Assembly (NCBI GenBank): GCA_965226775.1
Contig: CBDDEI010000002.1
Span: forward strand, 653,638-717,637
Length of the DNA stretch: 64,000 nt
Direction of reading: 5' to 3'
From: Dehalococcoidia bacterium
GTDB lineage: Bacteria; Chloroflexota; Dehalococcoidia; SHYD01
Positions 9,319-19,237 of this stretch are shown here, piece after piece. A program made the position numbers and the translations under genes. Position 1 is the stretch's first letter; each line of letters starts with the position of its first letter. Below the pieces are notes generated by a model. That model made no database searches. It was given only the letters and a program-made list of their open reading frames with translations, and had not been told where the DNA came from.

Positions 9319-10164
9319 CTATGACGTGGAGTCCTCATCCAAAGACCGGGCCGCTCGAGCGACGGTAAGCATTGCAAGCGCGCGGCGATCCATTTCATCC
9401 AACCACTCGGGTTTATACTGGTCTGCTGCGCTGGCGCCTCCGCGGCTGGCTCCGGTCCCCGTAGCCGCATACTTAACGCCAAAGCTGTAGCGGGCGGCCT
9501 TCAAGAGCTCCTCCTCTGTGGTTACGCCCGCCTCCATGAGTTCCTCCACCGCCTTACGCATGGCGCCCTGGAGGAAATTGATAACAAAGGAGCGGCGATC
9601 TTTCAGGACCTTGATAGGCACCCACCCCAAGCTCTCAATGAACTCGGCTGCACTGTTCAGGGTCTCGTCCGAAGTGCGTTCACCGCGAATGATCTCGACG
9701 GCTCGCAAGGCGATAGGGGGCTCAAAGAAGTGGATACCGACCACCTGCTCGGGGTGCGCGCAGTGTTCGGCAATCTGGGTGGTCGGAATCCCCGATGCGT
9801 TGGTGCCGAGGATAGTGCCGGGCCGCGCCACCGCCTCCATTTGCGCGAAGGCGGCCTGCTTCATTTCAAGCCTTTCGGGCACGGCTTCTATCGCGAGGCC
9901 AGCCCCCGCAAGGCCCTCTTCCATGCTTGTGGTCGTGCGGATTTGGCCGAATGCGCGTTCCGCATCGGAGGCAGAGATCTCGTTAGCCCTAACGAGCACG
10001 TTGAGGTTGTGGCGGACTTTCAGGAGGCAGTTTTCAAAGAGGTCGGCTGAAACGTCGATGAGGTTGACCTTATACTCGCCTAGCGAACAGACGGTGGTAA
10101 TGCCACTACCCATCCATCCTGCGCCCACAACTGCGACTTCGTCGATGCCCGGTACTTTAGCCAT
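9319..10164 (-). CDS. hbd: 3-hydroxyacyl-CoA (3-hydroxybutyryl-CoA) dehydrogenase
   Basis: 281 aa with an N-terminal Rossmann motif (VGAGWMGSGI) and the IGIHFFEPP signature. Confidence 0.8.
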   Translation of the reverse strand: MAKVPGIDEVAVVGAGWMGSGITTVCSLGEYKVNLIDVSADLFENCLLKVRHNLNVLVRANEISASDAERAFGQIRTTTSMEEGLAGAGLAIEAVPERLEMKQAAFAQMEAVARPGTILGTNASGIPTTQIAEHCAHPEQVVGIHFFEPPIALRAVEIIRGERTSDETLNSAAEFIESLGWVPIKVLKDRRSFVINFLQGAMRKAVEELMEAGVTTEEELLKAARYSFGVKYAATGTGASRGGASAADQYKPEWLDEMDRRALAMLTVARAARSLDEDSTS

Positions 10165-10385
10165 GAGAATCCCTCTCTAACTACCTACTTGAAGATCACG
10201 TGCGCATAACTAAGAGCGGTTTCGGCCGGCCGCTGCGGCAATGCACAATAACCTGCCATGCAGCTCGTCGCTTTCCATTAACTCCTCGACGCCATGCTAG
10301 CAACTCACGGCGGTCACCTCATGAGGAAAGTCTGCGGAGTAGATGAACGGCTCGTTGTCCACTAGCTTACTAGCAGAGGGCAAGG

Positions 10386-12797
10386 TCAGCTCCCCGGCCC
10401 CACCGCCGGGGAAGAAGCGGCTCTCTGCGATCCGCTTGGTGATGAAGTCGTCAGGGGTTCTAGTTGTGGGGCCTCACTCCCGCCGTAAAGCTGGCGGTAG
10501 AAGCCCAGATGTTGCTGCACCAGCCGCGCGTAGCGGCGGGTCTCCTTGTAGTCTATGTTCTCCACAAAGAGATCGGGGTCTAGGTTAGGGTTGCCGCCGC
10601 CCCATCGGTGTGCGTTGCTCCCGCCGCCGTTGTACGCCGCCAGCGCCACTACTGCGTGCCTAAAGGTCGCGAGCTGCTGCGAGAGATAGTAGCTCCCAAA
10701 GCGGATGCTCACCACCGGACGGTAGAGGTCGGTTACAGCAAAGTCGGTCACACCTAAGTGCGCTGCAATGCCCTCGCCGGTGCTGGGGATGACCTGAGTC
10801 AGGCCGCGCGCCTGAGCAACGGACGTGGCCCAGGGATTGAAGAGGCTCTCCTGGCGCATGAGGGCGTACATGAGGAATGGGTCCACGCCGTACTCCCGGG
10901 CTGCCCGTTCCACTTGCTGTGCGTAAGGAGCGGGATAGTGCACTTTTTGGAGCATGGGCGGCAGGTCTGCCGTGCGGGCGCTGGTGAGGTTTTGCAAGTA
11001 CCCTATCGCGAGCATGGCCGGACCGTACTGCTCCCGTTCATAGAGTAGCGTTGCCAGCGCAAAGAGGGCCGCAGCATTCTCCTTGTGCTCCCGTACCGCC
11101 GTGCGATACTCCTCCGTCGCGACGCCCCACTGGCCCAGTTCGTAGAAGAGCTCCGCCCGCACGATGTTCCTGTGTGCTATCACTGCTGTCGGCGCCGACG
11201 TGATGGCGGCAGCGTCTACGTTGGGGAGCATTCCCCTCAGCCACAAGGCCGCCTCGGCCTCTTCCTCGGCGGTGATGGCCGTGTTTTCCAGTGAGGCAGC
11301 TGACTCTAGCCCCGCAGAAGCCCGTTGCTGGTCCAGAGACCGGAACGCGTAATAGCCGCCGGGATCGAGGAGCACCGCATCCTCATAGGCCCGCCGGGCG
11401 ACTTGTTGATATCCCCACGCGTCCAGCGCCTTGCCCTTCCAGAATGCTGCCCGCGCGCCGGTCTCCCCTTCGGCTGTGCGTGCCACGTCGCCGTTCAGGA
11501 GGTCCACCACCGTTTGGTAGTCCCGCGCGCGGTAGCTGCTCAGTGCCTCCTCGATGAGAGCGTCCTGCGCTCGCTGCGATGCCGGGAAAAGCTCCCGGAA
11601 CCGCTGGCGCGCCAGAGACGCCTCCTCGTACCGGCCCAGGTAGTCTAACAGCCAGCCATACTCCCATTGCGCATCCTGAGCCGCCTCGGAATAGGGGTAG
11701 TCCTCTACGATAGCGGCCAGTTCTTCCAGCGCTTGCTCGTTTGCCTCGTTGCGTTCATAGATAATGGCGGTTCGGTACCGGGCCCAGGGCGTCTCGATAC
11801 CATATGGAAGCTCTTGTTGCTGGCGCTCGAAAGCTGTTAGTGCAAGGTCATTCTGGTAATGAAAGTAGTAGCTGCGGCCTATCTGGTAAGGGGTAAGCAC
11901 GTAGTCCGCTGCCGCACCCAGTGTCTTCAGGGCTGTCAGGGCTTCTGCGGCGGCGGGGTAGGTTTGCACAATCTGCCCTAGCGTTTCGTGTAGCGCAGTC
12001 ACGCGTCCAGCTTGCTGCTGCGCTTCCGCAAGTTGATTGAGCAAGCTTAGCTTTCGTCCGCCCGTCTCGTTAGCCACCAACGCTTGAAATTTGTCTGACG
12101 CCTGTGCATATGCGCCCGACCGCATGAGCGCTTGGCCGTGAAGCAGTTCCGCCTCTTTGCTCACCTGTAGTGAGGTAGGAGCGGCGTCAAAAAGTGCGAG
12201 CTCCTGCAACACCGCGTCGTCATCCGCGGTCCGGAGCAGCAGTACGGTGCGTCGCAGCCGTGCAAAGTCCTCTATCTCCGGGTGAGTGGTGATGAACTCT
12301 TTGAAGAGTCGTAGGGCTTCCTGATCCCGTCCGGTTATTGCAAGGCTCTCCGCCAGCCAGTAAGTGGTTAGGGCAGCGCGGGGGTGGGCGCTATATTGCG
12401 CTCGAATCGCGCGGAAGGCCTGTGTGGCGCTGTCATAATTGCCCTGCAGATACTCCACGATACCCAGTTGGTAGGCCGCTTCCACCGACTCCGGCCGGCC
12501 AATGTAAGACAAGAGGAGGATGCGGAAGGCCGCTGCTGCTTGCTCATAGTCTCCCAGCCGCTGCGCCTCTATCCCTTCCTCTAAGAATGCCCGTAGGTAT
12601 TCGCGAGCGGGTGGTATGGTCGCGGTTGGTCTGGCCTCTGGCGTGGCGGCGAGGGTTAGCACAGGTGCCAACGCCTCAGCTACTACCGGCGGGGGCGTCG
12701 GCTGCCGCCCGCGTATAACCAAGCCCGCTGTGATGAGCACTGCAATCCCAACGATGAGCAGGATTGCTACTCGTATGGAGGTGCGTCGTAACAGCAT
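10386..12797 (-). CDS. Membrane-anchored TPR-repeat lytic transglycosylase (SLT domain at C-terminus)
   Basis: 803 aa with an N-terminal TM segment and a long TPR-like helical region. C-terminal SLT signature (…RQESLFNPWATSVAQARGLTQVIPST…). Confidence 0.75.
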   Translation of the reverse strand: MLLRRTSIRVAILLIVGIAVLITAGLVIRGRQPTPPPVVAEALAPVLTLAATPEARPTATIPPAREYLRAFLEEGIEAQRLGDYEQAAAAFRILLLSYIGRPESVEAAYQLGIVEYLQGNYDSATQAFRAIRAQYSAHPRAALTTYWLAESLAITGRDQEALRLFKEFITTHPEIEDFARLRRTVLLLRTADDDAVLQELALFDAAPTSLQVSKEAELLHGQALMRSGAYAQASDKFQALVANETGGRKLSLLNQLAEAQQQAGRVTALHETLGQIVQTYPAAAEALTALKTLGAAADYVLTPYQIGRSYYFHYQNDLALTAFERQQQELPYGIETPWARYRTAIIYERNEANEQALEELAAIVEDYPYSEAAQDAQWEYGWLLDYLGRYEEASLARQRFRELFPASQRAQDALIEEALSSYRARDYQTVVDLLNGDVARTAEGETGARAAFWKGKALDAWGYQQVARRAYEDAVLLDPGGYYAFRSLDQQRASAGLESAASLENTAITAEEEAEAALWLRGMLPNVDAAAITSAPTAVIAHRNIVRAELFYELGQWGVATEEYRTAVREHKENAAALFALATLLYEREQYGPAMLAIGYLQNLTSARTADLPPMLQKVHYPAPYAQQVERAAREYGVDPFLMYALMRQESLFNPWATSVAQARGLTQVIPSTGEGIAAHLGVTDFAVTDLYRPVVSIRFGSYYLSQQLATFRHAVVALAAYNGGGSNAHRWGGGNPNLDPDLFVENIDYKETRRYARLVQQHLGFYRQLYGGSEAPQLEPLTTSSPSGSQRAASSPAVGPGS

Positions 12798-12920
12798 ACG
12801 TTCAGTCTACAGGGGAAGCGGCGGTGTGTCCTGCGCTGTTGCTGGAGACGCCGGAGGAACTGGATCAAGACACGCCTACGCGGCCCACTCCGCTCAGCAT
12901 CGCAGGTGCTGGTAAAGAAC

Positions 12921-14114
12921 CTACTGTCCCGGTGACAATGCGCGCCGTGGCAGGTAGGGGAAGTACTGTACGGAGCTCCCTCCCACTAGTACCTCTACAC
13001 TCAGCGTCGCGGCGGTTACGTCGCTTGGCCCCTTGAAGATCACGGTTGCTTGGCGTGTGCCTGCAGGCAACCGCTGCGGGTAGATGTTCAGGATCACCTG
13101 TGCCGGCAGCGCATTGCCGCTGCTGGGGATGACCGCGAGCCACGAGGCCCCTTCTACTTCAGCCCGCCACTGAAGAGGCCCCGGTCCCGTGGCGCTGAAG
13201 AGCGTAACCGCTTGACTGGTGAGCACGCTTCCCGTCTGCGCCTGTACGCTTACGACACTGGGGTCGGTGTACAGCGTGCGGCAGGCGGCGGAATGCGTCT
13301 CCGACGGCGCGGCAATGGGTTCAGGCGTCATCCCAATGGCCGCACGGTCGGGGAGCGTGAGGGGCACGCCCTCCCACAGTGGCAGCTCATCTACTTCTGG
13401 CGGATGCGCCGCGTAGCCCCATACTATCTCCTGGTACGGATAGTCCAACCTGCTCTGTGAGCCATCGTACTCGGGCCGCGGCCAAGGATAGTCCGGGTTA
13501 TTGGGGTTGTTCTTGAAATTGAACTGGTTGTACGCCCACACCGCGTAGTACCAGTGCTCCGCCACTGAAGGGTCGCGGTCCCCCACCACGGCATCCAGCA
13601 AGTCTCCTGTGTTCCATTTCTCCGCCAGAATGTTCGTGCCCCAGGCAATGTTGAAGCGATAGTCGCCGGCTATGCGCAGCTGCGTCTCCAGCGGCAACTC
13701 GTTAGGGTTACGCATGCCGGAGGTGATCTGCATGATGCCGTAGCCGCAAGACGCAGATTGCTTCGTCGAGCCGCTGGCGCCGACCGGTACTGAGCCCCAC
13801 GCCTGCTCCCACATTCCTTCGGTGTAACCAATGGCTTTGAGGAGGAGGCAGGGAGCCGGTGCAGACACCAGCGATGTTGCGTCGGGGTAACCCATCTCCA
13901 GCTGCGGGAAGGTAGGATAGCCATCGCCCAACTGGGAGAGCGCAGTCTGCTCCATAGCCAGCGATACCTCCTGACTGGAAGCCTGGTACGCTTGAGCATC
14001 GTCGAGCGCGCACGCGTAGACCGATGGTGGCCCGACTGCCAAGAGTGCGCTCACCGACACGGCCAGCGCGGCCCAGAACCTGTGGCGCAGCTTTGTCAGC
14101 CTCATCGAGCCCAT
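12921..14114 (-). CDS. Secreted lysozyme-like/transglycosylase-like protein with C-terminal Ig-like (BACON-like) domain
   Basis: Signal peptide (MRLTKLRHRFWAALAVSVSALLAVG). Catalytic-type E…GYGIMQIT motif. The start is chosen at the internal ATG that gives the signal peptide (the ORF track extends to 14261). Start and stop overlap the neighbouring gene. Confidence 0.55.
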   Translation of the reverse strand: MGSMRLTKLRHRFWAALAVSVSALLAVGPPSVYACALDDAQAYQASSQEVSLAMEQTALSQLGDGYPTFPQLEMGYPDATSLVSAPAPCLLLKAIGYTEGMWEQAWGSVPVGASGSTKQSASCGYGIMQITSGMRNPNELPLETQLRIAGDYRFNIAWGTNILAEKWNTGDLLDAVVGDRDPSVAEHWYYAVWAYNQFNFKNNPNNPDYPWPRPEYDGSQSRLDYPYQEIVWGYAAHPPEVDELPLWEGVPLTLPDRAAIGMTPEPIAAPSETHSAACRTLYTDPSVVSVQAQTGSVLTSQAVTLFSATGPGPLQWRAEVEGASWLAVIPSSGNALPAQVILNIYPQRLPAGTRQATVIFKGPSDVTAATLSVEVLVGGSSVQYFPYLPRRALSPGQ

Positions 14115-15265
14115 CCTGCAAAGGTTGTGTAGCCGTCTCCCGTCACTGCTATCGGGTTGGAGTCGCCCGGTTGCAGCACCACCAGTTGCTCGCTCGTCAC
14201 CCGGTCCGGCCCATCGCCCGTAAGCAGGCGCGCGGCCAAGTAGCCGCCCCCAGGCGACCATGCCAGCGGCGCAACCAGCCCGCCCGGCACGCTTACCCCC
14301 GTGGCCTCCTGTACCGATTGCAACTGCAATGAGTGCCCGCTGGTTTGGGGCAGCAGGCCGCCCGCGGTGCCTAGAGTGATACTCTTGGCGTCCGAGCTCC
14401 AGGTAGGGCTAAAGCCGCCTGACGCTGCTTCCAACACGCGAGGTTCTGAGCCTGATAGCTCAGCCACCACGGTGCGGGTTGGCGGGCCGCCCGGCGGTAA
14501 CAGCTCCGTGTAGAGCAACCGTCTGCCAGCTCCATCTAGCTGGAAGTCCCGAGCTACCCGGTTGCTGGCGTGCAGCGCGAGACTGCCTGTGCCTGCCGCG
14601 GGAGCGTAACGATAGACATCAGTGCCTTGCTGCGTGTAGACGGCGTAGTAGAAATCGGCCAGCTCCGTCGCCCAGCCGATGGCCTGGACGGTGAGCGCAT
14701 CAGTCACTGCGACCAGCGGCGTGATCTTCCCACTGCGGGTGTCCACCGCGCGCAGCGCAAAGCCCTCTCCGGCGCGCTGCCGCACTGCTACGGCCGCGCC
14801 CTCCGGCGACCACACCGGCATGCCTTGCACATCTACGCCGCCCGTCAGCCGTCTTTGCTCTCCGCTCGAGAGGTTCAGCAGCCACAGCTCGCCCTCCCTG
14901 GATGGGTCACGGCTGCCTACAGGGAGTACTAGATAAGCCAGACGGTCACCCTGGGGCGAGACCCGTGCTCGCAGGCCGAACCCCGCTTGGTGCTGCACGC
15001 GCGTCAGCGTACGGCTATTCGTTGGGTCCGTTGCAGGCGCGGCGCGCAGCTCGCTCATACCCTCTTGGAGCACTGAGTACACGAGCAGAGGGGTACCTGT
15101 CTCGGAAAAAGGCTCGCCAAAAGAGGCAGCCCACGTCCGCGGGCTTTCGGGAAGCGCCAGCAGCCCGAGGAGCAGGACCACGTACAGCGCTTGCCGCAGC
15201 CGTGCTGCCACTGGCACTAGTGCTCCATGGATGGAGGAGCGGCGCGGGTTAGCTTTGCGCCTCAT
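14102..15265 (-). CDS. TolB-like (PD40/WD40-like) beta-propeller protein, secreted
   Basis: 387 aa with an N-terminal hydrophobic signal and repeated …WSP.G… motifs (PVWSPEGAAVA, LAWSPGGGYLA). Confidence 0.6.
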   Translation of the reverse strand: MRRKANPRRSSIHGALVPVAARLRQALYVVLLLGLLALPESPRTWAASFGEPFSETGTPLLVYSVLQEGMSELRAAPATDPTNSRTLTRVQHQAGFGLRARVSPQGDRLAYLVLPVGSRDPSREGELWLLNLSSGEQRRLTGGVDVQGMPVWSPEGAAVAVRQRAGEGFALRAVDTRSGKITPLVAVTDALTVQAIGWATELADFYYAVYTQQGTDVYRYAPAAGTGSLALHASNRVARDFQLDGAGRRLLYTELLPPGGPPTRTVVAELSGSEPRVLEAASGGFSPTWSSDAKSITLGTAGGLLPQTSGHSLQLQSVQEATGVSVPGGLVAPLAWSPGGGYLAARLLTGDGPDRVTSEQLVVLQPGDSNPIAVTGDGYTTFAGWAR

Positions 15266-15857
15266 GTTTGCGGAGATGCCGGTAGATATAGATACCTAAG
15301 AGGGCTAGCAATGCAAGGATGATGGGGATATCGAAGGGCCGGGTGATCTCGCGCATCTCTTCCCAATGCTCACCCAGGATGTAACCGCCCATAGCGAGGG
15401 CCCAGCACCAGATTGTGGAGCCGGCCAGGGTCATCAGGGTGAACCTGCCTATGGGCACACGCACAATGCCCGCAGGAACGCTGATGATCGTCCGCACCAG
15501 CGGCACCATGCGGGAGAGGAAGATCACTCCGTCGCCGTACTTTTCGAACCATTGCCCTGCCGTTGCGATGTCCCCCGGCGTCACCAAAACATAGTGCCCA
15601 AAGCGCATGAGGATCGCCCGTCCCCACCAACGTCCGGCAGCGTATGCGATGAGGGAGCCTACGGTGCACCCCAGCCCGCCGTAGAGTCCGGCCACAAGGG
15701 TGTACTCCCAACCCAGGCCCTGTTCCTTAACGAGCATCCAACCGGCCAAGGGCATAATGGCTTCGCTAGGAATGGGAATGCATACACAGGTGCTCTCCAG
15801 CGCCATGAGGGCTACCACTCCGGGCCAGCCCATCGTGACATAGATCGTGCGCACCAA
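15249..15857 (-). CDS. DedA/VTT-family membrane protein
   Basis: 202 aa, multi-TM, with a DedA signature region (…KYGDGVIFLSRMVPLVRTIISVPAG…). Confidence 0.75.
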   Translation of the reverse strand: MVRTIYVTMGWPGVVALMALESTCVCIPIPSEAIMPLAGWMLVKEQGLGWEYTLVAGLYGGLGCTVGSLIAYAAGRWWGRAILMRFGHYVLVTPGDIATAGQWFEKYGDGVIFLSRMVPLVRTIISVPAGIVRVPIGRFTLMTLAGSTIWCWALAMGGYILGEHWEEMREITRPFDIPIILALLALLGIYIYRHLRKHEAQS

Positions 15858-15897
15858 CTCGATAAGCTGGAGCTCAAATGCCTCTAACAGGTGCCGG

Positions 15898-16545
15898 TTA
15901 CCTCACTCGCGGCGGCGTTGTCGTGCTGGTCTGAGAAAGCTCTGGTTTTGGTTGGGCGCCTGCTTGGTCACTTTGGTCACTGGAGAGCAGGCTAAGGAAC
16001 TGCTGCAGGATGCGAGCCGTTGCGCCCCAGATAATGTGGTCGTTGTAGCGGAAATAGGGCGTCGAGATGTTCACGTCTCGCCAGGCCATCGGCTCCGTGC
16101 TCAGGGCTTCTGGGCTTAACAGGTAGTCCAGGGAGATCTCCAGTACCTCCGCCACTTCCGTAGGCTGGGGCGTGAAGGCGTGTGGAGTTTTGAGTACTGC
16201 CACGTAGGGCGTGACAAGGAACTTGAAACGGGTTGCCCGCGCCTCCAATGCGCCCAGCACCTCCGTTTCCTCAGTGCGCAGACCTATCTCCTCGGCGCTC
16301 TCCCGTAGCGCAGTGTGCATAAGCGACTGGTCTACCGCCGGTTCGTGGCGACCGCCGGGGAAACAGACCTCACCCTTGTGGTTTGCTACCAGCTCCGTGC
16401 GCTTGGTCAGCACCACCCGGTAATCCTGATCGCGCGGGTAGAGCAGTACCAGCACCGCGGCCAGCTTGAAGTCGGGATCTTCGGCAACGGATGGGGCGGG
16501 CGTCTGAAGCGCGGCGCGCAGGTGATCGATAGAAAGACTACTCAT
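15898..16545 (-). CDS. NUDIX hydrolase (CoA pyrophosphatase-like)
   Basis: Nudix box GGRHEPAVDQSLMHTALRESAEEIGL. 215 aa. Confidence 0.8.
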   Translation of the reverse strand: MSSLSIDHLRAALQTPAPSVAEDPDFKLAAVLVLLYPRDQDYRVVLTKRTELVANHKGEVCFPGGRHEPAVDQSLMHTALRESAEEIGLRTEETEVLGALEARATRFKFLVTPYVAVLKTPHAFTPQPTEVAEVLEISLDYLLSPEALSTEPMAWRDVNISTPYFRYNDHIIWGATARILQQFLSLLSSDQSDQAGAQPKPELSQTSTTTPPRVR

Positions 16546-16618
16546 GACACTTCACTCTCGTCATAGTACCCCGCGCAGGGGCGTTCCTCAAGCCAGGGGC
16601 CGCGGCGTCGCAGGTTGG

Positions 16619-17542
16619 CTAGGGTGTAGTAGCCGGAATGATGAGCTCTTCTCCCACCCTGAGGAGTGTGGGGTCCGTTATGTCGTTGGCAGCGACGATG
16701 GCCTCGACGGTCACCCCGAAGCTGGCCGCAATTGCGTTCACACTATCGCCAGCCTGCACCACGTAGCGCCGTGTGGTTAGGGTAGGTGTCGGCGCAAGCT
16801 GGGAAGCAGCCGTGGCCGTGGCCGGAATGATGAGCTCTTCTCCCACCCCGATGAGTGCGGGGTCTGTAATGTCGTTGGCATCGATGATGGCGTCGGCAGT
16901 CACCCCGAAGCTGGCCGCAATGGTGCTCAGATTATCGCCATCCTGCACCACGTAGCGTCGCGTGGTTCGGGTAGGTGTTGGCGCAAGCGCAGCCGTGGCC
17001 GGAATGATGAGCTCTGCGCCCACCCTAATGAGTGCGGGGTCTGCAATGTCGTTGGCAACGATGATGACCTCGACGGTCACCCCGAAGCTGGCCGCAATGG
17101 TGTTCAGATTATCGCCACTCTGCACCACGTAGCGCAGCGTGGTCGGGGTAGGTGTTGACGTAGGCGTAGGCAAGGGAGCAGGCGTGGCCGCGGCCGTAGG
17201 CGCAGCTGTAGCAGTGGCTGTAGCCGTAGCTGCCACGGTAGGCGCTGGTGTAGGCTCCACTGGCGTGACATCCAGTACGTTGGTTTCCGCCGCCGCCAGC
17301 GCCGCGAGGATCCGTGGCTCCGGTAAGGGAAACTGTGGCCAGGCCCACAGGTGCCAGCCGGCCAGCCCCAGTGCCACTACCAGCGTGCCCAGCACCCCAC
17401 GGTACACCAGTCCGGAGGGATAGCCGCCCGGCAGGTCCCGGCATCGGTCACAGCGGCCCTCTCCGTGACGCGCGCAGAACCACTGCTGGCAGCTTTTGCA
17501 CTGGTCTAAGGCTTCTTCAGAGCAGGCGTAGCAGTGCTGCAT
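16619..17542 (-). CDS. Zn-ribbon / single-TM / triple LysM-domain protein
   Basis: The N-terminal CxxC…CxxC ribbon is followed by a TM helix and three ~45-aa LysM repeats (RYVVQSGDNLNTIAASFGV…), also visible as DNA repeats. The start is chosen at the ATG with a GAGGT RBS (the ORF track extends to 17590). Confidence 0.7.
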   Translation of the reverse strand: MQHCYACSEEALDQCKSCQQWFCARHGEGRCDRCRDLPGGYPSGLVYRGVLGTLVVALGLAGWHLWAWPQFPLPEPRILAALAAAETNVLDVTPVEPTPAPTVAATATATATAAPTAAATPAPLPTPTSTPTPTTLRYVVQSGDNLNTIAASFGVTVEVIIVANDIADPALIRVGAELIIPATAALAPTPTRTTRRYVVQDGDNLSTIAASFGVTADAIIDANDITDPALIGVGEELIIPATATAASQLAPTPTLTTRRYVVQAGDSVNAIAASFGVTVEAIVAANDITDPTLLRVGEELIIPATTP

Positions 17543-17596
17543 TAGCGTATTACCTCGCCGCGTAGTAAGCGGTAAGATGTAACAAGACACGTCTTT

Positions 17597-19201
17597 GTGA
17601 TCATCTTGGCCATATTACTACGCTGGCTGCAACAGAGCACTGCGCGAACCACCCTCATCTTTGGGTTGTGGGCCGCCTTCTCGTTGGTAGCGTGTAATCT
17701 GCTTTCCCCCAGCGCGACGTCACCGCCTCCGCCTCCTCCAGCACCGTCACCGCAGTCTACGACGACGACTACGACGACGTCATTGTCGACACCGCTGCCC
17801 GTTTCCATCACCGTCACTGTACTCCCGGAGTTGACGCCGACCGTTACAACTAGTCCGGTTGCTAGCGCTAGCGTTACTGCTACCCCTTCTCCTACTGTGA
17901 CCCCGACCTACGCGCCGATGCCCAAAGGCGAGGTGGTGCGAGGCGATGCCCTACGCCCAGTTATCGCGCTTACCTTTGACTGCGGGAGCGCCGACGGCCC
18001 CACGGCTACCATCCTGGACCTGTTGAAGCAGTACAACCTCCACATCACCTTCTTTGTCACCGGCCAGTACGCAGAGCGCTATCCGGCGCTGGTGAAGCGC
18101 ATCGTTGCCGAGGGCCATGAGCTGGCCAACCACACCTACTCCCATCTCGATCTCACCACGCTCCCAGACGCAAAGGTGCGCTCAGAGCTGCTCAAGGCGG
18201 AAGCTGCATTCCAGCAGGCCGCCGGCCAAGATGGCAAACCCTGGATGCGGATGCCCTTTGGCGCACGGGATGGCCGTGTTCTGGGCATCATTACGCAGTT
18301 GGGCTATACCTCGGTCTATTGGACCATCGACTCTGGCGATTGGCGGGAAGAGGCAACCACCCAACGCGTGCGCGATAAAGTCCTCGGCAGTATTGAGAAC
18401 GGCGGCATCGTGGTCCAGCATTGCAACGCCCCCCAGTCCGCAGAGGCGCTGCCGTCCATCCTGGAGGGCCTCAAGAGCAAAGGGCTCACCGTAGTTACCG
18501 TCTCCGCGCTCTTCGGGGTAAACCCCAGCGCCGCTGCGGCAGCAACTCCCACCGCCGCGCCGTCCGCCACTGCCTCTAGCACGCCATCAGTATCCGCTAC
18601 GCCGGTGTCTTCTCCGTCTCCTGAGGCCAGCGCAACCGCTCTGCCTCACCCATTTCTCGCTCCCATGAGCAAGACCTATGCGCTCGAGCCCGACTACGAG
18701 CCTTCTGATCTGGTAGACGTGACGGAGGTGTTGACCGTCCGCAGCGAAACAAAACTGCGTGCAGCCGCGTACCAGGCGGTGAAGGAGATGCTGGCTGCCG
18801 CGGAAGAGGAAGATGTGCGCATTTACGTGCTCTCGGCCTACCGCTCCTACCAGAAGCAAGCGGAGGTTTACGAGGAAGTAGTGGAGCACATAGGGGAAGA
18901 GGAAGCGGCGCGTGTCTCCGCAAAGCCCGGCCACAGTGAGCACCAGTTGGGCACCACCATCGACTTCACTACACCGCGAGTAGACTATGATCTGGTGGAG
19001 AGCTTTGGAGCCACGCCGGAAGGGGAGTGGCTTGCCCAGAACGCGGGTCGCTTCGGCTTTGTGATGAGCTATCCCCAAGACAAGGAACAGGTTACCGGCT
19101 ATGCTTATGAGCCGTGGCATTTCCGTTACGTGGGCGTGGATGTTGCCGCCGCGGTCGCCGAGAGTGGGCTTACCCTGTATGAATATCTGCTGGATAGGTA
19201 G
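17597..19201 (+). CDS. Lipoprotein: polysaccharide deacetylase (NodB) domain fused to M15/VanY D-Ala-D-Ala carboxypeptidase domain
   Basis: Lipobox LVAC. NodB motifs (LTFDCGS…, HTYSHLDL). C-terminal VanY-like region (LSAYRSYQKQ…GHSEHQLGTTIDF). Confidence 0.75.
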   Translation: MIILAILLRWLQQSTARTTLIFGLWAAFSLVACNLLSPSATSPPPPPPAPSPQSTTTTTTTSLSTPLPVSITVTVLPELTPTVTTSPVASASVTATPSPTVTPTYAPMPKGEVVRGDALRPVIALTFDCGSADGPTATILDLLKQYNLHITFFVTGQYAERYPALVKRIVAEGHELANHTYSHLDLTTLPDAKVRSELLKAEAAFQQAAGQDGKPWMRMPFGARDGRVLGIITQLGYTSVYWTIDSGDWREEATTQRVRDKVLGSIENGGIVVQHCNAPQSAEALPSILEGLKSKGLTVVTVSALFGVNPSAAAAATPTAAPSATASSTPSVSATPVSSPSPEASATALPHPFLAPMSKTYALEPDYEPSDLVDVTEVLTVRSETKLRAAAYQAVKEMLAAAEEEDVRIYVLSAYRSYQKQAEVYEEVVEHIGEEEAARVSAKPGHSEHQLGTTIDFTTPRVDYDLVESFGATPEGEWLAQNAGRFGFVMSYPQDKEQVTGYAYEPWHFRYVGVDVAAAVAESGLTLYEYLLDR

Positions 19202-19237
19202 TGCAACGGTGCAAGAACAAGTAGGAGGGATCGCTTA

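Noticed and set aside
16640-17110. DNA-level repeats inside 16619-17542
   Set aside because: They encode the three LysM domains of a genuine protein and are in frame. They are not a non-coding repeat.
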